Positions 40,887 through 51,852 of a stretch of 64,000 nucleotides of DNA are shown here, one piece after another. Positions within the stretch are counted from its first letter, which is position 1; each line of letters begins with the position of its first letter. Below the pieces are notes generated by a model, which saw only the letters and a list, made by a program, of their open reading frames with translations, was not told the origin of the DNA and did no database searches. This stretch comes from Candidatus Poribacteria bacterium (GTDB taxonomy: Bacteria > Poribacteria > WGA-4E > WGA-3G). Location of the stretch: the NCBI GenBank assembly GCA_965209095.1, contig OZ242381.1:5198667-5262666 (forward strand), written 5' to 3'. Both the position numbers and the translations under genes were made by a program.

Positions 40887-41669
40887 ATGCCTGCTCAAAA
40901 AACACAAGCGATTGTAATTCGCGCCTTTTCTCTACAAGAAGCTCATAAGATCATCACCTTCTATACACCCGATTTTGGTAAAGTAAAAGTCATGGCTTAC
41001 GGTGTAAAGAGTCCAAAAAGTAAGTTGAGCGGCAGTTTAGAACTGCTTAACCACGGCATGCTTCTTTTTAACTATCGTGAAAATAGAGATTTGCAGAGCC
41101 TTACGGGTTTTGATCTGATTGAAGGTTTTGATGGCATTCGGGCAGATTTTACGCGGATAACTTATGGATGTTATTTAGCGGAATTAGTTGATGCTATTGC
41201 TTCAGAAGGTGATGCCAATCCTGGAGTTTTTGAACTTTTACGAAGAACATACCATTTCTTAGCAGATACTGACGATGTGCCTTTACTGGTTCGTATGTTT
41301 GAAATTAAGTTTCTTGATCTTGCCGGTTTTGCCCCACAACTATCGCAATGTGCAAACTGCGGTTCAATTATAACACCTTCACAACTCCAAAATTCACAAA
41401 GTTCTGCGTTGGTAATGCTTTTCAGCATTCGACATGGTGGATTGCTTTGTGAAAAATGTCAACACAGAGACACCTCAGCGTTTTCTATTGCCCCCGGTAG
41501 TTGTGAATTACTAAAGAACTTACGGAAATCTGAATTTAGTAAGTTAAATAGGATTCGTGCATCGGAACGGAATCATCGTGAACTTAAACTCATTCTTGGT
41601 AGTTTTATCCAATACCATACGGAACGTAAACTAAAAAGTCTGAAATTTATTGAAAGTGTGTTAGATTAA
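40887..41669 (+). CDS. recO: DNA repair protein RecO
   Basis: OB-fold N-terminus, GFAPQL and CxxC...CxxC zinc motif. Confidence 0.92.
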   Translation: MPAQKTQAIVIRAFSLQEAHKIITFYTPDFGKVKVMAYGVKSPKSKLSGSLELLNHGMLLFNYRENRDLQSLTGFDLIEGFDGIRADFTRITYGCYLAELVDAIASEGDANPGVFELLRRTYHFLADTDDVPLLVRMFEIKFLDLAGFAPQLSQCANCGSIITPSQLQNSQSSALVMLFSIRHGGLLCEKCQHRDTSAFSIAPGSCELLKNLRKSEFSKLNRIRASERNHRELKLILGSFIQYHTERKLKSLKFIESVLD

Positions 41670-41679
41670 TCAACTGACA

Positions 41680-41939
41680 CCGTTTGTCAAGTTTACCTGC
41701 TACCGCCTCAAGCACTTTTTCTATTGTGCCATCCAAAGCCATTGCTGGAAACGACGATGACACGGTTGGTAGGGTTGATACGTTTTCGGTAAATCCCGCC
41801 AAGGTGCTCCCATCCGCAACCCCCAAAGCATCACATCTAACACTTTACGATTTTTACGCCAAGGCCTCCCACGCTCTTCTGTCGGTGGTACGGCCAACAA
41901 TGACTCAACGATTTACCGCACTTTATCACTCAGTTCCAC
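41680..41939 (-). pseudogene. IS5-family transposase N-terminal remnant
   Basis: Minus strand reads RGRPWRKNRKVLDVMLWGLRMGAPWRDLP...HRRFQQW with a stop and frameshifts. Confidence 0.8.
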
Positions 41940-41982
41940 ACAAACCCCCTCCTCACTTTTAAAAATTCTCAAAAGTCTAACA

Positions 41983-42171
41983 AAACTCAAGTTGCCACTT
42001 AAACTAATGTTACCTCCCACTAAGATCGTTCAGAATTTTGGCACATACCGCTCTGCTGAGCGGAAGAATGAAACGATGTGCATGCTATAAACATATCGCT
42101 CCGCTGGTGCGAAAGATAGGACATCACGAGTAGAAAGGGTGAAGCTGTGCAATAGGTGGCAACTTTGGTTA
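41983..42171. mobile_element. MITE family C, inverted copy
   Basis: Reverse-complement homolog of 33383-33570. Confidence 0.78.
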
Positions 42172-42462
42172 TTATGAGATACGTTCTTGTTTTTCCGATA
42201 AATACTGTATTATTTTCAGTTGTTTTAAGTTGTATTAATAATTTAACTTGAATAATATGATAAATTGACTTATTATAACTGTACTAAAGTTTAGACAATT
42301 TCTGTCTGTTTCATGTTGTGTTCTCAAGTATTTCTATCATGGTTTGCGCAATGTATTCAAAAGTCCCCTCTGATAAAGGGGTTAAATAATTAAAATGACG
42401 ACTTTTTAACCCTTTATCAAGGGGGAATGCGTAAGTCTTGTAATTTAGAGGAGGTTTTCATT

Positions 42463-45400
42463 ATGCCTATACAAATTAAAACCAGTTTTTTGTTTTTCAC
42501 GTTTACATTGTTGATGTGTCTCAATTTCTTGTTCTTAATGAACATTGCTGCACAAGACAACATCGAACCTGTTGCGACACCCACCAATGCTAAATATACC
42601 TTTGAGAGTATTGATGTTCCGGGTGTGGACTTTTTAGCGTTGACAGCAAGTAGCGACTTTGAGGATTACGCGGGGTACACACGGAGCCTTGATGGTGAAA
42701 AAGATGTCCCCTTTACGCTCATTGATGGGGTCTTTACAAGGTATGATTTCCCAGGGGCAAAGAACACCTATTTCTATGCCCTCGGTAATAACGGACAAGC
42801 TGCCGGACACTACGAAGATAGTGACGGTCTCTACCACGGTGTCGTCTTGGATGAAAATGGCGAATTGCAGCAATATGATTTTCCGGGTGCCGTCCAAACT
42901 TTCATCTATGGGATTAGTGATACGACTGGGGCACTGACAGGAAATTTTATAGATGCTTCTGGGGTTCGCCGAGGATTCTCTGGGAACACCATCGTTGAAG
43001 TTCCCGGAGCAGCGGAAACTTTTGCCGATTTTGTGAGCTCGACAGATGCTGTTATCGGTAGCTACGTAGACAGTGACGGCATATATCATGGATATGTGCG
43101 TGCCCCGGATGGCAGGTTTATATTTGCCGACGTTTTAGATGTATCGAATCTGGAGTACTTTTTTGCACACGGTGTCAACGATGTCGGAGTTGCAGTGGTT
43201 CGAGCCAAAGCCGTAGGGGACATCCCGCGCACTTATGTCGGCACATTCGGCCAGATACATGAATTGCGGTTTCCGGGGAGCGTTACCACGGAGGGGTGGA
43301 ATATCAATCGGAACGGTTCTGTCGTCGGACACTATAAATTAGCGGATGGCAGAACACACGGATTCATCGCCAGACCCATTATGGACACCGATGCACCAGG
43401 CGACGATCAACAACCTGTTGTCGCACCCACTGATGCCAACTATACTTATGAGAGTATTAATGTTCCCGGTGTCCAGTTTTTAGCGTTGACAGCAAGTAGC
43501 GACTTTGAGGATTATGCCGGCTACACGAAAAGTGCGAATGGTAAAAAAATAGTCGGTTGGACGCTCATTGATGGCGTTTTTACGAGGTATGATTTCCCCG
43601 GTTCGCAAAACACTTATTTCTATGCACTGGGTAACAATGGACAAGCTGCCGGACACTACCAGGATAGCGATGGAAATTATCATGGTGTCGTTTTGGAGAA
43701 TGGAGAACTGCGCCAATACGATTTTCCGGGTGCCGTTCAAACGGAGATATACGGTATCAGTGATACAACTGGGGCACTGACAGGTAATTTTATAGACACT
43801 TCTGGGGTTCGCCGCGGCTTCTCAGGGGACACCATCGTTGAAGTCCCCGGAGCAGCGGAAACTTATGCTGATTTTGTGAGCGCGTCAGGTGCCATCGTGG
43901 GCAGCTACATAGACAGTGACGGCATATATCATGCTTATGCGCGTGCACCGGATGGCAGGTTTGGATTTGCCGACATCTTAACAGCACCGGATATCGAGTA
44001 CCTTTTTACACACGGTATCAACGATGTAGGGATTATCGTGGCTCGCGCTAAAGCCGTGGACGATATCCCGCGCACTTATGTCGGCAGATTCGGCCAGATG
44101 CATGAATTGCAGTTTCCGGGTAGCGTTAGCACGGAGGGCTATAATATCAATCAGGATGGTTCTGTCGTTGGACACTATGACACAGCGGATGGGCGGAGGC
44201 ACGGGTTCATTGCCAGACCGATAATGGACACCGCTCCACCAACCGAGGATCCACCCGTTACCGCACCCACAGACTCCAACTATACTTTTGAAAGCATTGA
44301 AGTTCCGGGTATAGACTTCTTAGCGTTGACCGCCAGCAGCGACTTCAAGGACTATGCCGGCTACACGAAAAGTACGGATGGTGAAAAAATGGTCGCCTTC
44401 ACACTCATTGATGGTGTTTTTATGACCTACGATTTCCCAGGTTCGCAGCATACATATTTCTTTGCGTTGGGGAATAATGGTAACGCTGCGGGGTATTACG
44501 AGGATAGCGAGGGTAAACACCGCGGTATCGTCTTAGAAAATGATGAACTGCGGCAATACGATTTCCCGGGATCCGTTGAAACGGAAATATACGGGATTTC
44601 TGATGAAACAGGCGCGCTGACAGGGAATTTCACGGACGCTCAAGGGGTGCGTCGTGGGTTTACGGGTGATACCGTCATTGAAGTCCCCGGTGCCTCGGAG
44701 ACCTTCGCCGACTTTGTGTCTGAAGGACGACTCGTCGGCAGCTACATTGATACGGACGGACTCTATCACACTTACGTGCGTACCCCGGATGGCGAGTATC
44801 GGTCTGTTGACATCCCAAACGCCGCACAGATCGAATTCGTTCTTGTGCACGGTATCAACAAGGCGGGTGTCTACGTTACCCGCTCCAAACTGGTCGGTGA
44901 TGTCACGCGCACCCATGTCAGCACATTCCGCGGGCGAGTAGAATTACAATTCCCGGAGAGTGTGAGTACGGAAGGTTGGAACATCAATCAGGATGGTTCT
45001 GTTGTTGGATACTACGATCTCGCCGATGGACGTAGATACGGATTCATCGCCAGACCCGCTGGTGCACCTGCGCTACAACCGACCTTCTCTGACTATACGT
45101 TTGAGAGTATTGATGTGCCGGAGGTAGAGTTTTTAGCGTTGACGGCAAGCAGTGACTTTGAGGATTACGCCGGCTACACGAAAAGTGCGGATGGTGAAAA
45201 AAATGTCGCCTTTACGCTCATTGACGGCGTTTTTACGACCTACGCTTTCCCTAATGCCGAGAACACCTATTTCTATGCACTCGGTAATGATGGGCGCGCT
45301 GCCGGACATTACCAAGACAGCGAGGGGGTCTATCACGGTGTTATCTTGGAAAAGGGTGTGCTTACGCAATACGATTTCCTTGGTGCTGTTGAAACGGAGA

Positions 45401-46803
45401 TATATGGAATTTCTGATGAAACAGGCGTGTTGACAGGGAATTTCACGGACGCTCAGGGGGTGCGTCGTGGGTTCACTGGGGATACTATCATTGAAGTCCC
45501 CGGTGCCTCGGAGACCTTCGCAGACTTTGTCGCTGCGGGTCGGCTCGTGGGGAGTTACGTCGATGCTGAGGGACTTTATCACGGATACATACATTCGCAC
45601 GGTCAATTTACATCTATAGACTTGGAAGATGCCGAAAACCTTGAATACTATTTTTTCCATGCGATCAACACTTCAGGTGCTTTCGTTGCCCGATCCAAAC
45701 GGATCGGTGATGTCTCGCGCACCTATATCGGCTCAGCACGTGGACGTTCTGAATTACAGGTGCCGGGCAGCATCAGCACCGAGGGTTGGAATATCAATCA
45801 GGACGGTTCTGTCGTAGGACACTATGACTCACCCGATGGACGCAGACACGGGTTTATCGCAAGACCCACCACCCAGGCAGAAAGCGATCATTATGGCAAC
45901 ACCTTCAATGTTACACTAACGAAAGGTTTGAACATGCTTTCTGTGCCATTGGCACCATCAAAACCGATGACTGCAAAATCACTTGCAGGGATAACGGGCG
46001 CGACTGTTGTCATAGCATTTGATGCAGCCAATCAACGTTTCATAGGCTGGACACCGAGTGCACCTGACGCTGGATTCACAATTGAAGGAGGACAAGGCTA
46101 TATCGTCAATGTTCCCCAAGTTCGCAATTTTGCATTCGTCGGAGCACCGTGGACAGATCAAACCGAGGTTGCTGCTGCACCTGCAATAACTAAAGAGATG
46201 TCCAATGGCGTGTGGGCATTCGTTGTCAGTGGAAACTTAGAGGGTATCCAGTCTGTCAACGGTTACACCGTCAAAGTACAAAACCTACGAACGAACACTG
46301 TCATGACATCTCATGTGCACAGTAATTATTTCGCTGCAGCCACCGTAGATCTCAGTTATCGGAGTGTTGTTGAAGCAGGGGACAAAATAGAAATTACTGT
46401 TACTGATACGAACGGAAATATTGTGTCAGAAAAATTCAATTTCACGGTAAATGCAACACATCTTGAGAACGCTGTTATGACTGTGAAACTTGACGGTATC
46501 GGATCCCCAAAACAGAGTCAACTTCTGCAGAATTATCCCAATCCGTTTAACCCTGAAACATGGATCCCGTATCATCTGGCAGAAGCAGAGGTTGTGTCTC
46601 TCTCTATTTATGACGCTGCAGGTAAACTTGTCCGAACATTTTCACTTGGTCACAAACCAGTAGGTTTCTACCTGAATCGGGGGAACGCTGTTTATTGGGA
46701 TGGACGAAATGCGATTGGTGAAGCAGTTGCGAGTGGGGTTTATTTCTATACGCTCACAGCTGGCGATTTCACGGCAACGCGGAAATTGCTAATACGGAAA
46801 TAG
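42463..46803 (+). CDS. Large secreted protein with four ~275-aa tandem beta-rich repeats and a FlgD-Ig/Por-secretion-like tail
   Basis: Repeats start near 42595, 43441, 44281 and 45094; tail LLQNYPNPFNPETWIPY...ASGVYFY; GAGGAGG RBS. Confidence 0.88.
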   Translation: MPIQIKTSFLFFTFTLLMCLNFLFLMNIAAQDNIEPVATPTNAKYTFESIDVPGVDFLALTASSDFEDYAGYTRSLDGEKDVPFTLIDGVFTRYDFPGAKNTYFYALGNNGQAAGHYEDSDGLYHGVVLDENGELQQYDFPGAVQTFIYGISDTTGALTGNFIDASGVRRGFSGNTIVEVPGAAETFADFVSSTDAVIGSYVDSDGIYHGYVRAPDGRFIFADVLDVSNLEYFFAHGVNDVGVAVVRAKAVGDIPRTYVGTFGQIHELRFPGSVTTEGWNINRNGSVVGHYKLADGRTHGFIARPIMDTDAPGDDQQPVVAPTDANYTYESINVPGVQFLALTASSDFEDYAGYTKSANGKKIVGWTLIDGVFTRYDFPGSQNTYFYALGNNGQAAGHYQDSDGNYHGVVLENGELRQYDFPGAVQTEIYGISDTTGALTGNFIDTSGVRRGFSGDTIVEVPGAAETYADFVSASGAIVGSYIDSDGIYHAYARAPDGRFGFADILTAPDIEYLFTHGINDVGIIVARAKAVDDIPRTYVGRFGQMHELQFPGSVSTEGYNINQDGSVVGHYDTADGRRHGFIARPIMDTAPPTEDPPVTAPTDSNYTFESIEVPGIDFLALTASSDFKDYAGYTKSTDGEKMVAFTLIDGVFMTYDFPGSQHTYFFALGNNGNAAGYYEDSEGKHRGIVLENDELRQYDFPGSVETEIYGISDETGALTGNFTDAQGVRRGFTGDTVIEVPGASETFADFVSEGRLVGSYIDTDGLYHTYVRTPDGEYRSVDIPNAAQIEFVLVHGINKAGVYVTRSKLVGDVTRTHVSTFRGRVELQFPESVSTEGWNINQDGSVVGYYDLADGRRYGFIARPAGAPALQPTFSDYTFESIDVPEVEFLALTASSDFEDYAGYTKSADGEKNVAFTLIDGVFTTYAFPNAENTYFYALGNDGRAAGHYQDSEGVYHGVILEKGVLTQYDFLGAVETEIYGISDETGVLTGNFTDAQGVRRGFTGDTIIEVPGASETFADFVAAGRLVGSYVDAEGLYHGYIHSHGQFTSIDLEDAENLEYYFFHAINTSGAFVARSKRIGDVSRTYIGSARGRSELQVPGSISTEGWNINQDGSVVGHYDSPDGRRHGFIARPTTQAESDHYGNTFNVTLTKGLNMLSVPLAPSKPMTAKSLAGITGATVVIAFDAANQRFIGWTPSAPDAGFTIEGGQGYIVNVPQVRNFAFVGAPWTDQTEVAAAPAITKEMSNGVWAFVVSGNLEGIQSVNGYTVKVQNLRTNTVMTSHVHSNYFAAATVDLSYRSVVEAGDKIEITVTDTNGNIVSEKFNFTVNATHLENAVMTVKLDGIGSPKQSQLLQNYPNPFNPETWIPYHLAEAEVVSLSIYDAAGKLVRTFSLGHKPVGFYLNRGNAVYWDGRNAIGEAVASGVYFYTLTAGDFTATRKLLIRK

Positions 46804-46820
46804 TATCATATGACCATAGG

Positions 46821-46858
46821 ATGGCTCGGATGCTGATGTTTATTGGCTTCCGAGCCAT
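46821..46858 (+). terminator. Hairpin after the large repeat gene
   Basis: ATGGCTCGGA / TCCGAGCCAT stem; weak U-tract. Confidence 0.45.
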
Positions 46859-46937
46859 TGATACAAACTATAAATTGGTAAAAATCGTTTCATGGACGGT
46901 ACCATAAAGTCCCGTACATAAATCCAAAAGGGAAAAA

Positions 46938-47456
46938 ATGAGAAATCGTTTTATGTTTCACATATTAATTGTTTTCACAACAGTGCTCACCTTCAGCGCG
47001 CCTTTTGTTACTCTCGCTCAAGAGAACCCTGGGCAGACCGAGGTTTCTGAAGCATCCGCAGCACAAGATACAAACGCTTTGAGACTCGAAGTCAAAGCTG
47101 CCGCAGAACAAGATGTCAGTAACGATCTCAATAAAAACTTAGGATTTCCTGTAATCGGCTATGCTCTTGTTGGTAGTATAATCGGTGCACTTGCTGGTTG
47201 TCTTGTGGGTTCATCTTTCCCCGATACGTCTGGTTATTCCTCAATTGCTCCGGCTATACCCAGTGACGGAATGATAGCAGGAACACTTATAGGAGGCATA
47301 ATAGGTGGCACAGTAGGCTGCTTAGTTCCACTCAGTCAGACTTCTCAACCTCAATCAAATCCACAACCTAAGCGGTTCCTTGGAAAATCGCCTGAGTATC
47401 TTGAATTTTACACCAATGCCTATAAGCTAAAAGCACGATCACTTCAGGCAAAATAG
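46938..47456 (+). CDS. Hypothetical membrane protein, probably truncated at the 3' end
   Basis: Signal peptide and Gly-rich TMs; TAG is followed by more hydrophobic codons and a MITE. Confidence 0.6.
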   Translation: MRNRFMFHILIVFTTVLTFSAPFVTLAQENPGQTEVSEASAAQDTNALRLEVKAAAEQDVSNDLNKNLGFPVIGYALVGSIIGALAGCLVGSSFPDTSGYSSIAPAIPSDGMIAGTLIGGIIGGTVGCLVPLSQTSQPQSNPQPKRFLGKSPEYLEFYTNAYKLKARSLQAK

Positions 47457-47498
47457 GCAGCGGTGGGTGTTGGTCACTGGATGCGGGTTAATATAACT

Positions 47499-47591
47499 TG
47501 GTTCATGTAAAAAGTGTGTGCGATTGTTGTAATGACATCAATAGCCGCCTGGGTTAAGATTTTCATTAGCACACATTCTTTACATGAGCCA
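47499..47591. mobile_element. 93-bp MITE with ~23-bp IR and 6-bp TSD ATAACT
   Basis: TGGTTCATGTAAAAAGTGTGTGC / GCACACATTCTTTACATGAGCCA. Confidence 0.75.
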
Positions 47592-47770
47592 ATAACTTTT
47601 ACGGAATCTTTTCGTTGATGTCGTTTGATTTCTTTACACGCCGTTAGACCGTTATTTGCAATAAAACCCCAAAATTGCTCGAGAGGTTTTCCACCTTACA
47701 TGCACCTTTCAATCCCAAAACAGGCTTATGAGCGAAAACTGAATAATTTCTGACTAAAAAGCAAAAGTAT

Positions 47771-47799
47771 TTGCCTTGTAGGTAGATTTAAGGTATAAT
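47771..47799 (+). promoter_or_regulatory. Sigma70-type promoter for the TonB-dependent receptor
   Basis: TTGCCT-N17-TATAAT. Confidence 0.55.
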
Positions 47800-47870
47800 C
47801 CTTCTAATAGGAAAGAAGGAGTGCAATTCATTTCAGTTTGTGTACTAAGATGCACAATCTAAATGGAAAT

Positions 47871-47964
47871 TAAGTTATTAATTCGGTAATATTCGGGCGG
47901 GGGAACCCCGCCCCTACGATAATTTTTATGGGTTGGATTACCGAAATATTTATTTAATCTTCAT
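47871..47964. repeat. 94-bp REP-containing element; inverted copy at 57059-57152
   Basis: CGGGCGGGGGAACCCCGCCCCTAC core with conserved flanks. Confidence 0.85.
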
Positions 47965-48054
47965 ACAGATTGTGCTACTATGTAGCAACTTAGGTTATCT
48001 TATGTGAATACGATTGTGTAAGTTTTCAAACACTGGAAAAGAGGAGAATGTGTC

Positions 48055-51000
48055 ATGAAAAAAAATAATACTTTCAAAAAGGTAGTACTATTGGTGCTGA
48101 GTATAGCATGTATAACAACAGTCGGCACTCATAGTGCCACTGCTGCTACAATCGGTAAAATTTCCGGTATCGTCACCGCGGAAGCGACAAAACAACCAAT
48201 AGCAAACGTCAAGGTGACACTTGTCGGCACAAGCACTACTACGACAACAAATGCATCTGGCTATTATGTCATGACAAATATTGATCCAGGTGGATACGAT
48301 GTGCGTGCTGAGTTACCAGGGTACCTATCCAAGACGGTTGCGGCGACAAAAGTATTTGCCGGTCTCACCACAACCATTAACTTTGCGTTGAAAGCAACAG
48401 AAGTGGTGGAACTTGAAGGTGTAACGGTGACAGCGACCAAACCCCTGATTAAAAAGGATGTAACACAGACCACACGTATAATTGAAGCAGACGAAATTGC
48501 GTCTATGCCGCGCGATACCGTGAATGGTATTCTCCAAACACAGGCAGGTGTTGCGGTGCATAATGCATCTGGCTCGCTTCATATTCGCGGTGGTAGGTCA
48601 ATGGAGATAAAATATCTGATTGACGGCATTCCAGTAAATGACCCGATTTTTAGAGGTATGGGGTTGCAAATTAGCGCTAACGCGCTTGAACAGATGGAGG
48701 TGATTACTGGTGGGTTTAATGCGGAACACGGTGATGCACAATCCGGTATCATTAATTTGATTACAAAAGCTGGCACTAATAAATTCTCTGGTAGAATTAG
48801 ATATCGTGTTGGGCAATGGGGGCAACACCATGGGGACCCCTATTACGGATCTTGGTTAGATCCTGATAATGGATTCCGACCCGTAGCACTTGCACCTTTC
48901 AGAGGGATATTCATCGGCAAGCCTTTTGATTATCAGACACCCTATCGCGGAAATCCTATCACTGTAGGAGAATTGGAATCTCAAGAAGGTGATGATAAGG
49001 TTGTCTTCACAGAGATATTCACTGGGGTCTATGCAGATAGAACTGAAAATCCACTGCAACCTGTCGAAGATCCGGAAACGGGTGAAGACAAGGTGGATCC
49101 TGAAACAGGTGAAGTAATAATGGTACGTCAACCCTACATGGATCCGGATGGAACAGTCATTGACTATGAAAAGAAACAGGTTACGCTGGCAGATGGTTAC
49201 ATTGTGGATTTAGAGCAATATAGTGGGTTATTCAACGATACCAAAAAATACGGTTTGTCTCCAAGTCACATCGGAGAGTTTGCGTTGAGTGGACCGATTT
49301 TAGGAAATCGACTGACATTCTCTTTCGCCAGCCAGTTGCGTAGAGATGAAAGTTATCTGCCTAATAGTAGTAGTGGGGGACACACACTACAAGGTAAGCT
49401 CAAGTTTGAAGTGACACCGCAAATTAAACTGACAGCAAGTGGACTTTATGATATACGTGAATTTAACAACGCTGGTGGAAGTCTGCGTTTCATCCCCAGT
49501 GCAATTGAGGTAGATAACAGGGATGGACGTAGTCTTTCCGTTCAGCTCTCACACAACATCAATTCAGGCACTTTCTATACACTAACGTTGGGGCAATTCC
49601 ACCGTTCTTACGATAGCCATCAACCGGGTAAACTGTGGGATCCGTTGAATAAGACATTTGAGGAAAACGCTTACGATCATTTAAAGTCTTTTGAGCAGAA
49701 TCAGAAGGAAGGACGAATTAGGAATCCCGCACAACAGGCATATAACGATACTACTTACGATGTTGCGGGAGATAACAATTTCTGGGTTACTCGCAATTCC
49801 ACGACATCAATCCTCAAAGGGGTTTTTGCAAGCCAAGTCACGGAAAATCATCAAATCCAGACAGGTATTGAATTTTCAGCGAACCATCTTTATAATCTCG
49901 GCACAACGAATTATGGTAGTTCAAACCTATATATGGAGTATTATGACGTTACGCCGACATCTCTCAGTCTATATGCCCAAGATAAGATGGAATATGAAGG
50001 TATGATTGTCAACGCAGGGTTGCGATATGACATATACAATCCAGATGGTATCTCGCCAGAAAAGCCAGAAGATCCGCTTGTTCTGAACGAGGATGATGGC
50101 ACAATAAAATTGGACGATAGTACCTATTCGGTTGGACTGCCAATTATCAAGAATCCGGTTGAGGCATCAACGAAACACATGATAGCACCACGTCTCGGTA
50201 TATCATTCCCGATTACAGATCGAGCGAAGTTGCACTTTACTTATGGACATTACTACCAGATACCACGCGGTGATGATCTATATGAAAACCTGAGTTTTGA
50301 TATGCGCGGTGCAATACGTAGAAGGGGTAATCCTGACTTGGAACCTGAGAAAACTATCGCTTATGAGGTCGGTATTGCACAGCAGTTTACGGATGATTTG
50401 ACAGTCGACATAACAGGATTTACCAAAGACATAGAAAACCTTGTTAATAGTATTCATGTAGATATATCTAACGATTATAGTTATTTCTTCAATGACATTT
50501 ATGGACGCGTGCATGGATTTGAACTGACTATCCGTAAGTGGCGAACAGGTGGAAGTCCGGTTTCTGGTATGCTCAGTTATACCTATTCCGTGGCAAAAGG
50601 CAAAGGATCCAGTCGTAATCTGGGATATCTGCTTTATTACCGCCAGCAACCTGAAGTAACTGAGAGTCATCCGTTGTCTTGGGATCAACGTCATATTGTT
50701 TCTGCAGCATTAGATATACAGTTGCCATTTGCTTCTGCTGTTAACTTTGTCGGTAGATACGCAAGCGGTCTACCCTATACGCCAAATCCGAGAGCACCTG
50801 TTAAACCTGCAATTAACTCAAAACGTTATCCTGCAACCTATAATGTAGATGCGTTAGTTAGTAAACGGAGTCGTGTTGGTAGGATGACCTATACATTCTT
50901 TGCAGATATTCGGAATATCTTCAACACGAAAAACTTGTATAACATACTTGATGCCGTTACGTTTGATAGGTATGGTATTCCGTTAACTGCCCAGAAGCAT

Positions 51001-51063
51001 TCCAGTCCAGCTTCTTGGAGTTCTCCGCGTTTGATTATGGTGGGTGTGAGTTTGGATTTTTAA
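48055..51063 (+). CDS. TonB-dependent receptor with N-terminal carboxypeptidase-regulatory-like domain
   Basis: HIRGGR, EVITGGFNAEHG, GLRYD, PRLG and GNPDLEPE motifs; terminal Phe. Confidence 0.93.
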   Translation: MKKNNTFKKVVLLVLSIACITTVGTHSATAATIGKISGIVTAEATKQPIANVKVTLVGTSTTTTTNASGYYVMTNIDPGGYDVRAELPGYLSKTVAATKVFAGLTTTINFALKATEVVELEGVTVTATKPLIKKDVTQTTRIIEADEIASMPRDTVNGILQTQAGVAVHNASGSLHIRGGRSMEIKYLIDGIPVNDPIFRGMGLQISANALEQMEVITGGFNAEHGDAQSGIINLITKAGTNKFSGRIRYRVGQWGQHHGDPYYGSWLDPDNGFRPVALAPFRGIFIGKPFDYQTPYRGNPITVGELESQEGDDKVVFTEIFTGVYADRTENPLQPVEDPETGEDKVDPETGEVIMVRQPYMDPDGTVIDYEKKQVTLADGYIVDLEQYSGLFNDTKKYGLSPSHIGEFALSGPILGNRLTFSFASQLRRDESYLPNSSSGGHTLQGKLKFEVTPQIKLTASGLYDIREFNNAGGSLRFIPSAIEVDNRDGRSLSVQLSHNINSGTFYTLTLGQFHRSYDSHQPGKLWDPLNKTFEENAYDHLKSFEQNQKEGRIRNPAQQAYNDTTYDVAGDNNFWVTRNSTTSILKGVFASQVTENHQIQTGIEFSANHLYNLGTTNYGSSNLYMEYYDVTPTSLSLYAQDKMEYEGMIVNAGLRYDIYNPDGISPEKPEDPLVLNEDDGTIKLDDSTYSVGLPIIKNPVEASTKHMIAPRLGISFPITDRAKLHFTYGHYYQIPRGDDLYENLSFDMRGAIRRRGNPDLEPEKTIAYEVGIAQQFTDDLTVDITGFTKDIENLVNSIHVDISNDYSYFFNDIYGRVHGFELTIRKWRTGGSPVSGMLSYTYSVAKGKGSSRNLGYLLYYRQQPEVTESHPLSWDQRHIVSAALDIQLPFASAVNFVGRYASGLPYTPNPRAPVKPAINSKRYPATYNVDALVSKRSRVGRMTYTFFADIRNIFNTKNLYNILDAVTFDRYGIPLTAQKHSSPASWSSPRLIMVGVSLDF

Positions 51064-51090
51064 TTGAATAAGATAACAAGGAGGCAAACA

Positions 51091-51339
51091 ATGCGAATTC
51101 AAGAAATCGCAGAAACTATAAAAACATTAAGTCCCACTGAGCGGCATCACTTACGGAAACTATTGAAAGAGCAGGACGAAGCTGATAAACTGGCTGTATT
51201 TCATCAAGTCCTGCTGTCGCAAGGCTTAGTTAAAGAAGTGAAGAAATCTCATGGCACTGCCACGATTGAACGGCAACTCATTGAGATCGAGGGGAAACCT
51301 GTCTCAGAAACAATTATTGAGGATCGGAATAGGCGATGA
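51091..51339 (+). CDS. Putative VapB-like antitoxin
   Basis: GKPVSETIIEDR tail; ATGA overlap with the PIN gene. Confidence 0.75.
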   Translation: MRIQEIAETIKTLSPTERHHLRKLLKEQDEADKLAVFHQVLLSQGLVKEVKKSHGTATIERQLIEIEGKPVSETIIEDRNRR

Positions 51340-51797
51340 TCTACTATATGGATAGTAGTTGTCTTGTTAAACGTTACGTCAATGAAATTGGTTCAGCATG
51401 GGTTCTCAGCATCACTAACCCTGTTGCGGGAAACGAAATTTACACTGTCCGAATTACAGGTGTTGAGGTTGTTTCTGCTGTCTCGCGACGGAAACGGGAT
51501 GGTACAATTATCGATGCTGATGCAGCGATGGTAATTACTACCTTGAAAAATGACTTACTGAACGAGTACCAGATCATTGAAATGACTGAGCAATTGGTGA
51601 ATCGGGCGATGATATTAGCTGAAACTTATGGTTTACGCGGCTTTGATGCGGTGCAGCTTGCTGGGGCATGTGAAGTTCAGGCACTTTGTATTGCAAGTGG
51701 AATTACATCGCTTTCTTTTCTCTCTGCAGATAGGGTGCTCAATGCCGCAGCTATCGCTGAAGGACTGTTAGTAGATGATCCAAATGCACACCCTTAA
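51336..51797 (+). CDS. VapC/PIN-domain toxin
   Basis: YYMDSSCLVKRY, LRGFDAVQLA and SADRVL motifs. Confidence 0.9.
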   Translation: MIYYMDSSCLVKRYVNEIGSAWVLSITNPVAGNEIYTVRITGVEVVSAVSRRKRDGTIIDADAAMVITTLKNDLLNEYQIIEMTEQLVNRAMILAETYGLRGFDAVQLAGACEVQALCIASGITSLSFLSADRVLNAAAIAEGLLVDDPNAHP

Positions 51798-51852
51798 AAA
51801 GGAGTTGGAAAACCATAAGGAAGAAAAACTTTTGAATAGGAGTGAATCTCTA

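Noticed and set aside
41684-41962. 92-aa plus-strand ORF
   Set aside because: It is the antisense shadow of the IS5 transposase remnant.
42595-45870. Repeats as DGR template/variable regions
   Set aside because: They are in-frame protein repeats, differences are not adenine-specific, and no reverse transcriptase is in the window.
47454-47456. TAG as pyrrolysine or readthrough
   Set aside because: The downstream sequence is disrupted by a MITE and looks decayed; a nonsense mutation is simpler.
47800-48054. Cobalamin or TPP riboswitch before the TonB-dependent receptor
   Set aside because: No conserved riboswitch motifs were seen; the structure is explained by the REP element.
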